The translations under genes and the position numbers were made by a program. From positions 1,193 to 65,192 of the forward strand of contig DASYUT010000206.1 of the NCBI GenBank assembly GCA_036000965.1: DNA of 64,000 nucleotides. The letters are read 5' to 3'. This DNA is from Actinomycetes bacterium. GTDB lineage: Bacteria; Actinomycetota; CALGFH01. This document shows, piece by piece, positions 1 to 11,176 of the stretch (positions are counted from its first letter, which is position 1; each line of letters opens with the position of its first letter). Under the pieces are notes generated by a model that had not been told where the DNA came from, made no database searches, and worked only from the letters and a program-made list of their open reading frames with translations.

Positions 1-294
1 CACGATAGGGGCTGGGAGCCCCGACCCGCCTGCGAGCGGATACCATCCTGCCTCCCCTCAGATGGGACGTATGGGGGCGATGCCCGCTTGCCACCTAGCG
101 AGCTACGTCCGGCTTGAACGACTTCGTCGATATGGGCGGAGACTTTGCACTGCTCCGGTCGGGATGTCCAGAGGCGATCACCCGATATGGGCCGATCCCC
201 TCGATCCAGTACCATGCCAGACCACGGCTGGCCTGCTGTTATGCTGGCTCGGAGGAAGAAAAAAAGAACGGCTGGGCCGAACTTGTCAGGAGAG

Positions 295-2799
<2,505 letters not shown>

Positions 2800-2907
2800 C
2801 GTCCTCTCCGCTGATGGCGGAGGATTCCCTGCAGGCCGCTCGACAGCGATGCTCCAGCCGAGCATGCTTGGCATCGTCAGCTGCCGCGGTCCCTGGAGGA
2901 CACCGCG

Positions 2908-3072
2908 ATGATCGACGCCGAGCGGGCAGCCCGTCAGCCCGACCCGAACCAGCCGTTCATCGCCGACAGCAGCGCCCATGGCAGCCCGGGCAAGCCCGAG
3001 GACCTGCTCATGAGGCTGCTCATCCTGCTCGGCCGGGGCCTGCGCGCCCTCGCCAGGCGGATCCGCCGTTAG
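2908..3072 (+). CDS. hypothetical small protein (54 aa), candidate only
   Basis: ATG preceded by GGAGGA at -7; its stop lies inside an AT-rich palindrome; no recognisable domain. Confidence 0.2.
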   Translation: MIDAERAARQPDPNQPFIADSSAHGSPGKPEDLLMRLLILLGRGLRALARRIRR

Positions 3073-3423
3073 TTAATTAACGGTGGTTTGTTGAGTTCGG
3101 GAAAGGCGCAGGTCGCGTGCCCTTGCGGTCGGCAGCCTGGAGGAGGACTTCTGCAGGTAGCGAGCATGAGGGCTCCCTCCGTCGTGCCGGATCCAACAAA
3201 TCACGGATAGGCCGACCGGGCGCGGTGGGCGTGCCGCAGCGCCCGGTCCAGGGCCATGACGGCGGCAATGGCGCCGTCGAGAAGGCCCGCCGCGAACCTC
3301 GCCCCGTGCGGTACGGCGGCGGTGTTTGACGAGCAAATCGGGTGCCTGTCACACTCCACGCGAGCAGGACGACTCTGCCCAGCGGCCGGTGCCCACCGGC
3401 CGTTTCGCGTCTCCGGCTCGGTC

Positions 3424-3852
3424 ATGATCCTGATGCCCACCGCACCCGCGCGCCCCTGTGCCGCGCCCGGCTGTCCCGCGCTGGTCGCCCGTGGCCGCCG
3501 CTGCCCTGCGCACGCCCGTGCCGAGGAACGCCGCCGCGGCTCGGCCGCCCGCCGGGGCTATGGCACGGCGTGGCAGCAGACATCGGCGGCCTACCTGGCG
3601 GCGCACCCCATCTGCATCGACTGCGGTGCCCCCGCCACCGTCCCCGACCACGACCCCGTTGCCCGGCGCGACCTTGTCGCGATGGGTGTGCCCGACCCCG
3701 ATGCCTGGCACCGCCTCAAGCCCCGCTGCGGCCCCTGCCACAACTCGCGCACCGTCCGGGTCGACGGTGGCTTCGGCCGCGCCCGCACCGACCAAAGGGA
3801 CCCGCATGCCGCTGCTCCGCTGCGCCGTGCCGCTGCCGTGCGCGCTCGTTGA
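3424..3852 (+). CDS. HNH endonuclease (phage-associated type)
   Basis: N-terminal CxxxxC…C…H zinc-finger-like region, 'RGYGTAWQ', then the HNH core 'VPDHDPV…CGPCHNSRT'; typical of HNH genes found next to phage terminases. Confidence 0.8.
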   Translation: MILMPTAPARPCAAPGCPALVARGRRCPAHARAEERRRGSAARRGYGTAWQQTSAAYLAAHPICIDCGAPATVPDHDPVARRDLVAMGVPDPDAWHRLKPRCGPCHNSRTVRVDGGFGRARTDQRDPHAAAPLRRAAAVRAR

Positions 3853-4075
3853 CGACGAGGCCGCGCTCGCCCGGACCCTGGCCGCGGTGCTCGACACGAT
3901 GCACCAGCAGGCGCGCGAGACGGGCTGGCGGCTGGTCGGTCTCCCGGCGGCGTGCCTCGGCGACCCCGAGTCCGTGCTCGGCGTGCCCTGCGCGGCCGAT
4001 GAGGTGATCGTGCTCGTCGCCGTCGAGGCTGTGGACGAGCTGGCCACCCTCGCCGCGCTGCCCGCCCCGACGTGA
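3806..4075 (+). CDS. hypothetical protein (90 aa), overlaps the HNH 3' end in another frame
   Basis: ORF with ATG and coding-like GC3 bias; no domain recognised. Confidence 0.25.
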   Translation: MPLLRCAVPLPCALVDDEAALARTLAAVLDTMHQQARETGWRLVGLPAACLGDPESVLGVPCAADEVIVLVAVEAVDELATLAALPAPT

Positions 4076-4078
4076 CGG

Positions 4079-4483
4079 TCACCCGAGCTGGCGCAGGATC
4101 CAGTCCTCGACCTCGTCCTGGCCAACCGCGCTGCCAGCGATCTTGACCATCATGTCGATGGTCTGGTCCACGTCGGCGGCCACGAAGCGCCGTCCGTTGC
4201 GCGCCAGGAACTCGAGCATGGCCAGGTACGCCGCGCGCTTGTTGCCGTCGAGCAGCGGGTGGTTCTTGGCCAGGCGGATCACCAAGACCGCGGCCTTGCT
4301 CACCAGGTCGCCATAGAACTCGATCCCTGCGAAGGTCGCGGCCGGCGCGTGCAGCGCGGACTCCGCTAGGGCGAGGTCGGTGGTGTGGAACAGATCCTCA
4401 GGCGCGACATCCAGTGCGGCCCCAGCCAGGTACAGGTAGTCGGCCAGGTCGAGGTACTGCACGTCGTGCGGCGGCGTGGGCAT
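4079..4483 (-). CDS. doc: Doc toxin (Fic/Doc family death-on-curing protein)
   Basis: Fic motif 'HPLLDGNKRAAYLAM' (HxFx[DE]GNKR); 134 aa; immediately downstream of a small antitoxin-like gene. Confidence 0.85.
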   Translation of the reverse strand: MPTPPHDVQYLDLADYLYLAGAALDVAPEDLFHTTDLALAESALHAPAATFAGIEFYGDLVSKAAVLVIRLAKNHPLLDGNKRAAYLAMLEFLARNGRRFVAADVDQTIDMMVKIAGSAVGQDEVEDWILRQLG

Positions 4484-4492
4484 TGATGCCTC

Positions 4493-4717
4493 CTATGTGG
4501 AGGCCAGTCCCTTCAAGATCTCCTGGTTGCGCTCGAGGTGGTCACGGAGCCGGGCCTGGAAGTCCGGGTCGGCGCGTAGGGCGTCGATCCGAGCCTGGAT
4601 CGCCGCGCGGACTTCCTCGGCCACGGTCACGCCGTTGACCTGGGCGACCGCTTCAAGGGTGCTGGCCTGCTCGGGTGGAAGGCGCAGTGTCATCGCCTTC
4701 CTGCTGTCAGCGGACAT
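4493..4717 (-). CDS. phd: Phd/ribbon-helix-helix-type antitoxin, partner of doc
   Basis: 74-aa ORF (MSADSRKAMTLRLPPEQASTLEAVAQ…) whose stop lies 10 bp before the doc start; an alternative ATG is at 4726. Confidence 0.65.
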   Translation of the reverse strand: MSADSRKAMTLRLPPEQASTLEAVAQVNGVTVAEEVRAAIQARIDALRADPDFQARLRDHLERNQEILKGLAST

Positions 4718-5562
4718 GGGGCACATCCTTACCTCTCGAGTCGGTTGGGGCGATGGTCGGTGGTCAACCGGCCGTCGGTCTGATCGACCGACGTCATGCA
4801 GGGGAGGGCAGATCGACCGTGCAACCCTGCGTGACGGCCCTCGGGCGTGGCTAGTCTGCCACCTTGCCACCTCGGTCGCAAGCCACCAGGGCGTCCGAAT
4901 CGCGGCGTTTCGGGGCCAGAAGACCGCCGGGTGGGCAGACGCACCCGTGCACAGCAGGTCGCGATTCAGAAAGGGTTCTTTCCCCCGGCAGGTCGGTCGT
5001 GGACTAGCTGGGGAGGGCGCTGCGGGCGTGCTGCAGCAGCGTCCTGCGGCAGGTCGGGTGGTTAGGGCTGGGTGGCATCTGGCCCCCAGGTGCTGTTGTT
5101 CCTTGCGTGCAGGCAGGCGTCGAGGAACGGTTGCCACGCTGCCGTCCGCAGGTCGTGAGGCACGTCCGACCGCTCGAACGCCTCGGCGCAGCACCGTTGG
5201 CCCTGCGGACGGCCGCCCCGTGAAGAAGCCATTCCACTGGGAGCCGCCGGCCATCTTGCCTTCGTACCTAGCGGTGCCTTCCCAGCAGGCACTGAGCGTG
5301 GTGGTCGGCGTGGCTGGTGGGCCTTCGTAGCTCTCCACAATCGCTACCAGCACCGTGGGGAACGCGAGCCCGAGCATGACCAGCGCCACCAGCACGATAG
5401 TGGGACGGACTCTCCGCCGACGAGGCATCGCAGAGTGTTCCTCCCTGCGGCGGTGTCGTTGGTGGTGGTGGCCGGGCAGAAGCAGACGGAGCAAACAGGC
5501 ACCCGCTGGACGGTAACGCTGATCCACACGCCGCGCTATGGCGCATTCAGGAGGAATGGTCC

Positions 5563-5742
5563 ATGCCTGGCACGGTCGCGAAGCCGGCGCGCCTGAAGCT
5601 GCTCAATGGCTGCGGGCCGGGCAAGGACTCGGCCGGGCGGCCGGTCAACGAAGGCCCGAAGTTCGTCCGCGACGCCCCGGAGCCGCCGACCTGGCTGGAC
5701 CGTGAGGCCAAGGCCGAGTGGCGCCGGGTCGTGCCCGAGCTG
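5563..5742 (+). pseudogene. phage terminase small subunit (P27 family), N-terminal fragment truncated by IS insertion
   Basis: 'MPGTVAKPARLKLLNGCGPGK…EPPTWLDREAKAEWRRVVPELE' matches the P27-family N-terminal consensus (KP..LKLL.GNPGKRP…EP..P.WL…AK.EW.RL.PEL); the match stops exactly where the IS inverted repeat starts. Confidence 0.55.
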
Positions 5743-7144
5743 GAGGATGTCCCGCTCGCCGTTGGATTTCGGTGGGGCCTCCATGATGGATCCTACGGTC
5801 AGGCACCGACAGCCAGGTCGAGCGGCCGGGCTCGTCGGCGGTGGCCCGCTCCAGTGCCAGGGCGAGCTGGGGCAGCTCCTGGAAGCCCTTGACGCGGCGG
5901 AACTGCGCTTCGGCGGCGAGCATGCCGGCGGCGGCCCAGCGCAGCGCCATCTCGCCTGAGCTCCAGCGCTTCACCCGGCCGGCGTGGTCGCGGATGATCT
6001 CGATCATCGACTCGAGCGGGTTGGTCGACTCCACGGTCTGCAGCAGCTTGCCGCCGACGCCCAGCCGGGTGACGGTCAGGGTCTCGGCCAGCCCCTCGCG
6101 CAGGGAGGCGGCAGCGCCGGGCCGCTGGCGGTCAAGGCTGCGGGCGAGCGCTTCCAGCTCGTGCTGGGCGTGGTCGGCGTCGGCCAGTGCCCAGGCGGCG
6201 CGCAGCCGCCGCTGGACCAGCGGCCGCTCGGCCTCGGGCAGGTGGTCAGTGACGTTTCGTTCCTTGTGCTGACGGCACCTTTGGATGAGCGCCTTGCGGC
6301 CGAACACGGCTCGGATCGCCCGCTCCAAGGCCTTGCCGCCGTCGATGACGAACAGCACACCCCGGGAGGCGTCCAGGCCACGCTCGGCCAGGTCAGCCAC
6401 CAGGCGGGTGCAGACTGCCTTGTTCTCGGTGGTGCCCTCCACCACCCCGGGGGGGACCTTGGTGCCGTCGTCGGTCACGCCCAGCGCGCCGACCAGCAGG
6501 TGCTCACCCATCCCGAAGCCGTCCAGGAACACCACCAGCCAGCGCTCCTCGTCCAGCCGCCGTGCCAGCAGCTCACTCAGCCGCTCGGCGGTCGCCGTCA
6601 CAAACCGGCGCGAGACCGCCGACTTGCTGGTCCCGCTGGCCTGGGCGTCGACCTGCTGGCCGACCGGCTCCAACCCGGCCGGGTAGCGGCGGGTGGACAG
6701 CCCCGCCAGCATCCTGGCCACGATCCCCTCAGCGAGCAGGTCGGTCGAGGTGAACGCGGTGTAGGACTCGAGCTGGACCTCGTGGGCGCCGGCGCCGGTG
6801 GTGCGGACCCGCGGTCGGCGGACGGCAAGGCGCCGCCCGCCGAGGGTGACCGTGCCAGGCTGGGTGCCGTGCCGCATCGCCACCCGCTGCGGGTCGTGCT
6901 TGCCCCTCGGCCCGGCCACCTCGGTCACCTCCGCGGCCATCAGCTCATCCATGACCTCAAGGCCGACCGCGGTCGAGGCGGCCAGCAGCCCCTGGCGCAT
7001 GTGTGCCACGAAGGCGGCCAGGTGCTCATCCAGGCGGCCGGCCAGCCGCTCCGGCAGCCCAAGCGCCCCGGCACCGGCCAGCCGCAGCGGGCTGGGGTCG
7101 CCAGCGGTGTCGTCGGCCGACACGTGGGTGTGGGAGTCTTGCAT
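5645..7144 (-). CDS. IS256-family transposase (start MQDSHTHV…); the ORF runs through the left inverted repeat into flanking DNA (stop at 5645), so the true C-terminus is probably near ~5850
   Basis: Mutator/IS256 transposase conserved C-terminal region '…SGEMALRWAAAGMLAAEAQFRRVKGFQELPQL'; overall length and order of conserved blocks. Confidence 0.8.
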   Translation of the reverse strand: MQDSHTHVSADDTAGDPSPLRLAGAGALGLPERLAGRLDEHLAAFVAHMRQGLLAASTAVGLEVMDELMAAEVTEVAGPRGKHDPQRVAMRHGTQPGTVTLGGRRLAVRRPRVRTTGAGAHEVQLESYTAFTSTDLLAEGIVARMLAGLSTRRYPAGLEPVGQQVDAQASGTSKSAVSRRFVTATAERLSELLARRLDEERWLVVFLDGFGMGEHLLVGALGVTDDGTKVPPGVVEGTTENKAVCTRLVADLAERGLDASRGVLFVIDGGKALERAIRAVFGRKALIQRCRQHKERNVTDHLPEAERPLVQRRLRAAWALADADHAQHELEALARSLDRQRPGAAASLREGLAETLTVTRLGVGGKLLQTVESTNPLESMIEIIRDHAGRVKRWSSGEMALRWAAAGMLAAEAQFRRVKGFQELPQLALALERATADEPGRSTWLSVPDRRIHHGGPTEIQRRAGHPPARARPGATRPWPHGPARSAAPGRRGRTSGLR

Positions 7145-7245
7145 GCGGGGTCCTCCTCCTTGGACTTGGCGGTCCTCGGAGCGTGGCATGTCAGGCGCTC
7201 CGGGGAGGACCCCACCGCAAATCCCACGGACCTCGGGACAACCTC
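5743..7245 (-). mobile_element. IS256-family (Mutator-type) insertion sequence, ~1.5 kb, with imperfect ~40-bp terminal inverted repeats
   Basis: Left end 'GAGGATGTCCCGCTCGCCGTTGGATTTCGGTGGGGCCTCC' pairs with the reverse complement of the right end '…GAGGTTGTCCCGAGGTCCGTGGGATTTGCGGTGGGGTCCTCC'; a single transposase ORF lies between them. Confidence 0.8.
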
Positions 7246-7503
7246 GCAACCCGGTGATGCGGTGGATGGCTGACAACCTCGTGGTCCGCACCGACCCCGC
7301 CGGCAACATCAAGCTCGACCGCCAGCGCTCCACCGAAAGATCGACCTGGTAGACGTCCGCCAGTCGGTACAGTGCCCGGCCCCGATGGTCGCGCCCCTGA
7401 CAGGCGAGCAGCCCGCGGTGTGCCCACTGGCGGATGCGAGCTGGCTGGCTCCCGACCGCGACCCCCGCCGCGAGCGTGTCGACGAGCGCGGTGTCGCGCA
7501 CGA

Positions 7504-8112
7504 TCATGCCGGGCTTACCGCGTATGGCGACCAGTCGTCCACCGACCAGCGGTGCTGGCGACCCTCGGCGTCGCGGCAGGGGGGGTTCACGCACACCACC
7601 ACGCCCTGGCTCGGCCGCGGGGCGAGCAGCGACCGGCAGCCACACATGGGGCAGTCACGCTGGAAGCGCACCGGCCGCTCCGACAGGCCGAGCAGGCTGC
7701 GCGCCTGCGGGATGGCGCCGCGGGTGTCGGCGTTGCCGTACAGCAGCCCGACGCAGTGCTCGCCGTAGCCAGCCGCCACCACGGTCGTGGCGGCGTCGGC
7801 CAGCCAGCCCAGCGCCGCCCCCACGCGCGGGTCCAGCGCCCAGCCGCCGTGCTCCCGGTCGCCGCGGGCGACGTACTGAGCCTGGGCGAAGCCGAGCGCG
7901 TCACGCAGCCCGGCTTCCAGGTCGAGCACGAGCTGCTCGAGCGCGGTGATGGCGTCGATGATGAGCACGTTGGTCGGCGCGGTCTCCGGCTCACCGCCGC
8001 GGACCCGGCCGGTGAAGGCGACCGCCTGACCGCGTGCAGTCACCCGGAAGAGGCGCTGGTACAGGTCGGCCAGCTCGGCGTAGCCGTGGGCGAGGCGCTC
8101 CTCGATCATCAT
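7504..8112 (-). CDS. hypothetical protein with a C-terminal CxxC…CxxC zinc-ribbon (202 aa)
   Basis: Coding-like codon bias; 'DCPMCGC…CVNPPC' cysteine pairs; sits between the IS and comEA, probably part of the mobile remnant. Confidence 0.4.
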   Translation of the reverse strand: MMIEERLAHGYAELADLYQRLFRVTARGQAVAFTGRVRGGEPETAPTNVLIIDAITALEQLVLDLEAGLRDALGFAQAQYVARGDREHGGWALDPRVGAALGWLADAATTVVAAGYGEHCVGLLYGNADTRGAIPQARSLLGLSERPVRFQRDCPMCGCRSLLAPRPSQGVVVCVNPPCRDAEGRQHRWSVDDWSPYAVSPA

Positions 8113-8337
8113 GCTGGTGGAGAGATCGGCCTCAGGCGGGCGCGAAATTTCAGGAACTAGGGTCGCCCCGCCCTAGTCATCGCACTCCTTGATCGTCGCC
8201 CGGTTCCCGGCGCCTAGTTAGGGCTCGCCGGCCGACAACCTGGTCGTTCCAGCGCCAGCGTCCCGAGGTGAGCGCACTCGACCTGGCCAGGTTGTCCGGC
8301 GGCGCGCCCTTGGCCCCAATGCCGGTCAGCCAGGCGG

Positions 8338-8398
8338 GGAAGCACCGTCCCTGATCTGGGAAGCACCGTCCCTGATCTGGGAAGCACCGTCCTGACCT
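8338..8398. repeat. 21-bp direct repeat ×3 (GGGAAGCACCGTCCCTGATCT) upstream of comEA
   Basis: Three consecutive near-identical units; the third has a 1-nt deletion. Confidence 0.85.
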
Positions 8399-8582
8399 GG
8401 GAGCATGTCGTGTGTGCGCGACGCGGAGCGGTGGCTGACCGGCATTGCCGTCAGCCCCACCGGCAGGTTGGAGGCTGTGGACGGCCCGAGGACGGCGGGC
8501 CCGGGGCGGGCTACGGTCGGCATGCCACTGACACCCGACCGGGCCGCCGTGCCGGCGGCCCGGCAGGACCGGGAGGACCAGC

Positions 8583-9320
8583 ATGCCGACCCAGCCGCCG
8601 TTCGTCCTGCCGCCGGAGTCCTGGCGCACCCGGCTCGCGGGGCTGCTCGCGGGCGTCGGGCGCCAGGGCGCCGCCGTCGCGGTCATCGCGCTGGTCGCGC
8701 TGGCCGGCGCGGGTGCCCTCTGGGCCCGCGGCGCCGCCCGCCCGGCCGGCCCCCCCGTGGGCGCGAACCAGCCGAGTCTGGCCGGCCCGGACGAGCAGGC
8801 GGGGGCGTACGGCGCCGGGCCGGTCGGCGGGACCTTGCCCGCCGTCACGCCAGGGGGCGGCGCCGGACCGGCCGGGGCCGGCCAGACCGTCACCGTGGAC
8901 GTCGTCGGCCGGGTGCGGCGCTCCGGGGTGGTCCGGCTGCCCGCGGGCAGCCGGGTCCTGGACGCCGTCCAGGCCGCGGGCGGCGCGGCCCCGGGCGCCG
9001 ACCTCGACGCCGTCAACCTGGCCAGGAAGGTGGTCGACGGCGAGCAGATCCGGGTCCCGGCCCGCGGCGAGCACCCACCGCCACCCGCCGCCACGGGCGG
9101 CGGGGGCGGGACCAGTGGCGCGCCCGCCGGGCCGGTCGACCTGAACACCGCTACCGTCGAGCAGCTCGACGCCCTGCCCGGCGTCGGCGAGGTGACCGCC
9201 AACCGGATCGTCGCCTACCGGACCACGCACCTGTTCCGGTCGGTCGAGGAGCTCCGCCAGGTCGACGGCATCGGCGACCGCCGCTTCGCCGTCCTCAAGG
9301 ACCTGGTGACGGTCGGGTGA
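8583..9320 (+). CDS. comEA: competence protein ComEA (SLBB + helix-hairpin-helix DNA-binding)
   Basis: N-terminal TM helix, 'VDVVGRVRRSGVVRLPAGSRVLDAV' SLBB region, C-terminal 'VDLNTATVEQLDALPGVGEVTANRIVAYR' HhH tandem. Confidence 0.85.
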   Translation: MPTQPPFVLPPESWRTRLAGLLAGVGRQGAAVAVIALVALAGAGALWARGAARPAGPPVGANQPSLAGPDEQAGAYGAGPVGGTLPAVTPGGGAGPAGAGQTVTVDVVGRVRRSGVVRLPAGSRVLDAVQAAGGAAPGADLDAVNLARKVVDGEQIRVPARGEHPPPPAATGGGGGTSGAPAGPVDLNTATVEQLDALPGVGEVTANRIVAYRTTHLFRSVEELRQVDGIGDRRFAVLKDLVTVG

Positions 9321-9390
9321 CGATCCCGGCCGGCCCGGCACCGGATGTCCACACGCCCTGCTCCGTCCCGCCGGTCCCGACCGGACTGCC

Positions 9391-11037
9391 GTGGGCCCCG
9401 TAGGTCGTGGTTCGGACCCCTTGGGTGGTAGCCCTCAGGGGCCCGAACCACGTAGCCCAGACCCGGACGGGGTGGCGCTCGCGGTCGCCGCCGCGGCCGG
9501 GGTGGCAGCGGGCGCCCGGTTCGAGCTAGTGGGCCGCCCGCCGGTGGTCGCCGGCCTGGCGGTCGCGACGGCCTGCCTCGCCGGCGGGCTGCTCGCCGGC
9601 CGCCGCCTCGGCTCGGCGAGTCGGCCGGCCGGGACAGTGACAGCACGACCGGACGGGGCAACGCTCGCGGGCCGGCGTCCCGGCCTGGCAGGGCGGCCGG
9701 TCCTGGCCGGCGTGCTCGCGTTCGCCACCCTGATGTGCGCGGGTGCGGCCGTGGCGGGCGCCCGGGCGGCCGCGGTACGGGCGGGCGTGCTGCCGGGCCT
9801 CGGCAGCGGCACGGTGGTGGTGGACGCCCGGGTGGCCGAGGAGCCGCGTGCGACACGGTTCGGGGGCCGGTGGGTGGTGCTGTCGATCAGCCGGGTCGAG
9901 CTCGACGGGCGGGCATGGCGGACGCGTGAGCGGGCCGGGGTAGCGCTGGACGGCGACCGGACGCGCCCGCTCGCGGTCGGAGACCGGCTGCGCCTCCGGG
10001 CCCGGGTAGCGCGGGCGCGCCGGGCCGACCGGCTCGGGCGGCAGCCGCCCGTCACCCTGCGCCGTCCCGTCGTGCTGTCGGTGTCCCGGCCGGCCCCAGG
10101 ACCGCTGCGGGCCAGCGAGGCGGTGCGCGCGGCAGCGCGCGAGCAGGCGGCGGCGAGCCTCCCGCCCGAGCGGGCCGGGCTCCTGGTCGGCATGGCGCTC
10201 GGCGACACCTCACGCATCCCGGGCGACCTCGGCACCGCGTTCGAGACGGCCGGGCTCACCCACCTGGTCGCGGTGAGCGGGTCCAACCTGGCCGTCGTGC
10301 TCGCGGCCGGCCTCGGGATCGCGGTCCTGCTCGGCGCGGGCCGCCCGCTGCTCGTCGTCATCGGCGTGGTGCTGATCGGCCTGTTCGTGTTCCTGACCAG
10401 ATGGGAGCCAAGCGTGCTCCGGGCCGGTGTGATGGCCGTGCTCGTGCTGCTCGGGGTGGCCACCGGCCGCGGTCCGGGCGGCCGGCGCTCGCTCTGCCTG
10501 GCCGTGCTGCTCCTGCTGCTCGCCGACCCGGGCCTGTTCGGCTCGCTCGGGTTCCGGCTGTCGGTGGCGGCGACCGCCGGGGTGCTGTGGGTCGGCCCGC
10601 CGGTCGCGCGGGTCCTGCCCGGCCGGTTGCCCGACCGGGTCCGGCTCGGGATCGGCATGACGCTCGGGGCGCAGGCCGCCGCACTGCCTGTGCTCGCGCT
10701 CGCGCTTGGGCGGGTGTCGCCGGCCAGCCTGCCGGCCAACCTGCTCGCCCTGCCCCTGGCGTCCGGGCCGATGCTGCTCGGCGTGGTCGCCGCGGCCGCC
10801 GCCCCGGTCGCGCCGGCGGTGGCCGCGCTCGCCTGCCGCCTCGCCGGCCCGTTCCTGGCCGCCCTGGTCTGGGTCGCCCACCTGGCGGCCGGCCTGCCCG
10901 GCGCCTCGGCCGAGCTGACCGGCCCCGCCCGCCTGGGCCCAGCCGCGCTCGCGGCCGCCCTGCTGGCGCTCGCCCGCCGCCGGGCCCGCATCCTCGACCG
11001 CCGCGCCGCCGAGCGCCGCCGGCGGGTGCACAGGTGA
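9391..11037 (+). CDS. comEC: ComEC/Rec2 family competence membrane protein
   Basis: Polytopic membrane protein with the competence-domain signature 'LTHLVAVSGSNLAVV'; sits in the conserved comEA-comEC-holA context. Confidence 0.8.
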   Translation: MGPVGRGSDPLGGSPQGPEPRSPDPDGVALAVAAAAGVAAGARFELVGRPPVVAGLAVATACLAGGLLAGRRLGSASRPAGTVTARPDGATLAGRRPGLAGRPVLAGVLAFATLMCAGAAVAGARAAAVRAGVLPGLGSGTVVVDARVAEEPRATRFGGRWVVLSISRVELDGRAWRTRERAGVALDGDRTRPLAVGDRLRLRARVARARRADRLGRQPPVTLRRPVVLSVSRPAPGPLRASEAVRAAAREQAAASLPPERAGLLVGMALGDTSRIPGDLGTAFETAGLTHLVAVSGSNLAVVLAAGLGIAVLLGAGRPLLVVIGVVLIGLFVFLTRWEPSVLRAGVMAVLVLLGVATGRGPGGRRSLCLAVLLLLLADPGLFGSLGFRLSVAATAGVLWVGPPVARVLPGRLPDRVRLGIGMTLGAQAAALPVLALALGRVSPASLPANLLALPLASGPMLLGVVAAAAAPVAPAVAALACRLAGPFLAALVWVAHLAAGLPGASAELTGPARLGPAALAAALLALARRRARILDRRAAERRRRVHR

Positions 11038-11176
11038 CAGCCGGCGCCGACGGGCAGCGCGGTGCGACCCAGCCCCCCTGGACGAAGCTCCCCCGGCGCC
11101 CGGCGGGCGGCGCGGTGCCACACGACCTCGGGCGGTTCCCGGCCCTCCGGGGACCCTTGCCCGGTAGCATGCTGGT

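Noticed and set aside
3080-3260. Possible tRNA gene as an integration target between leuS and the phage-like remnant
   Set aside because: No cloverleaf-compatible sequence or T-loop GTTCGA/GTTCAA motif found by eye. Cannot be excluded without tRNAscan.
5200-5428. Possible small single-TM protein (MPRRRRVRPTIVLVALVMLGLAFPTVLVAIV…) on the minus strand upstream of the antitoxin
   Set aside because: Only the first ~40 codons look protein-like. The frame then runs 300 codons without a stop through low-complexity sequence, so no credible end can be defined. Left uncalled.
5743-5892. C-terminal half of the 109-aa terminase-like ORF
   Set aside because: Sequence after 5742 matches the IS inverted repeat and interior, not terminase. 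Only the N-terminal ~60 codons are terminase-derived.
7372-8160. 262-aa + strand ORF overlapping the zinc-ribbon gene
   Set aside because: Low-complexity translation antisense to a better-supported minus-strand ORF.
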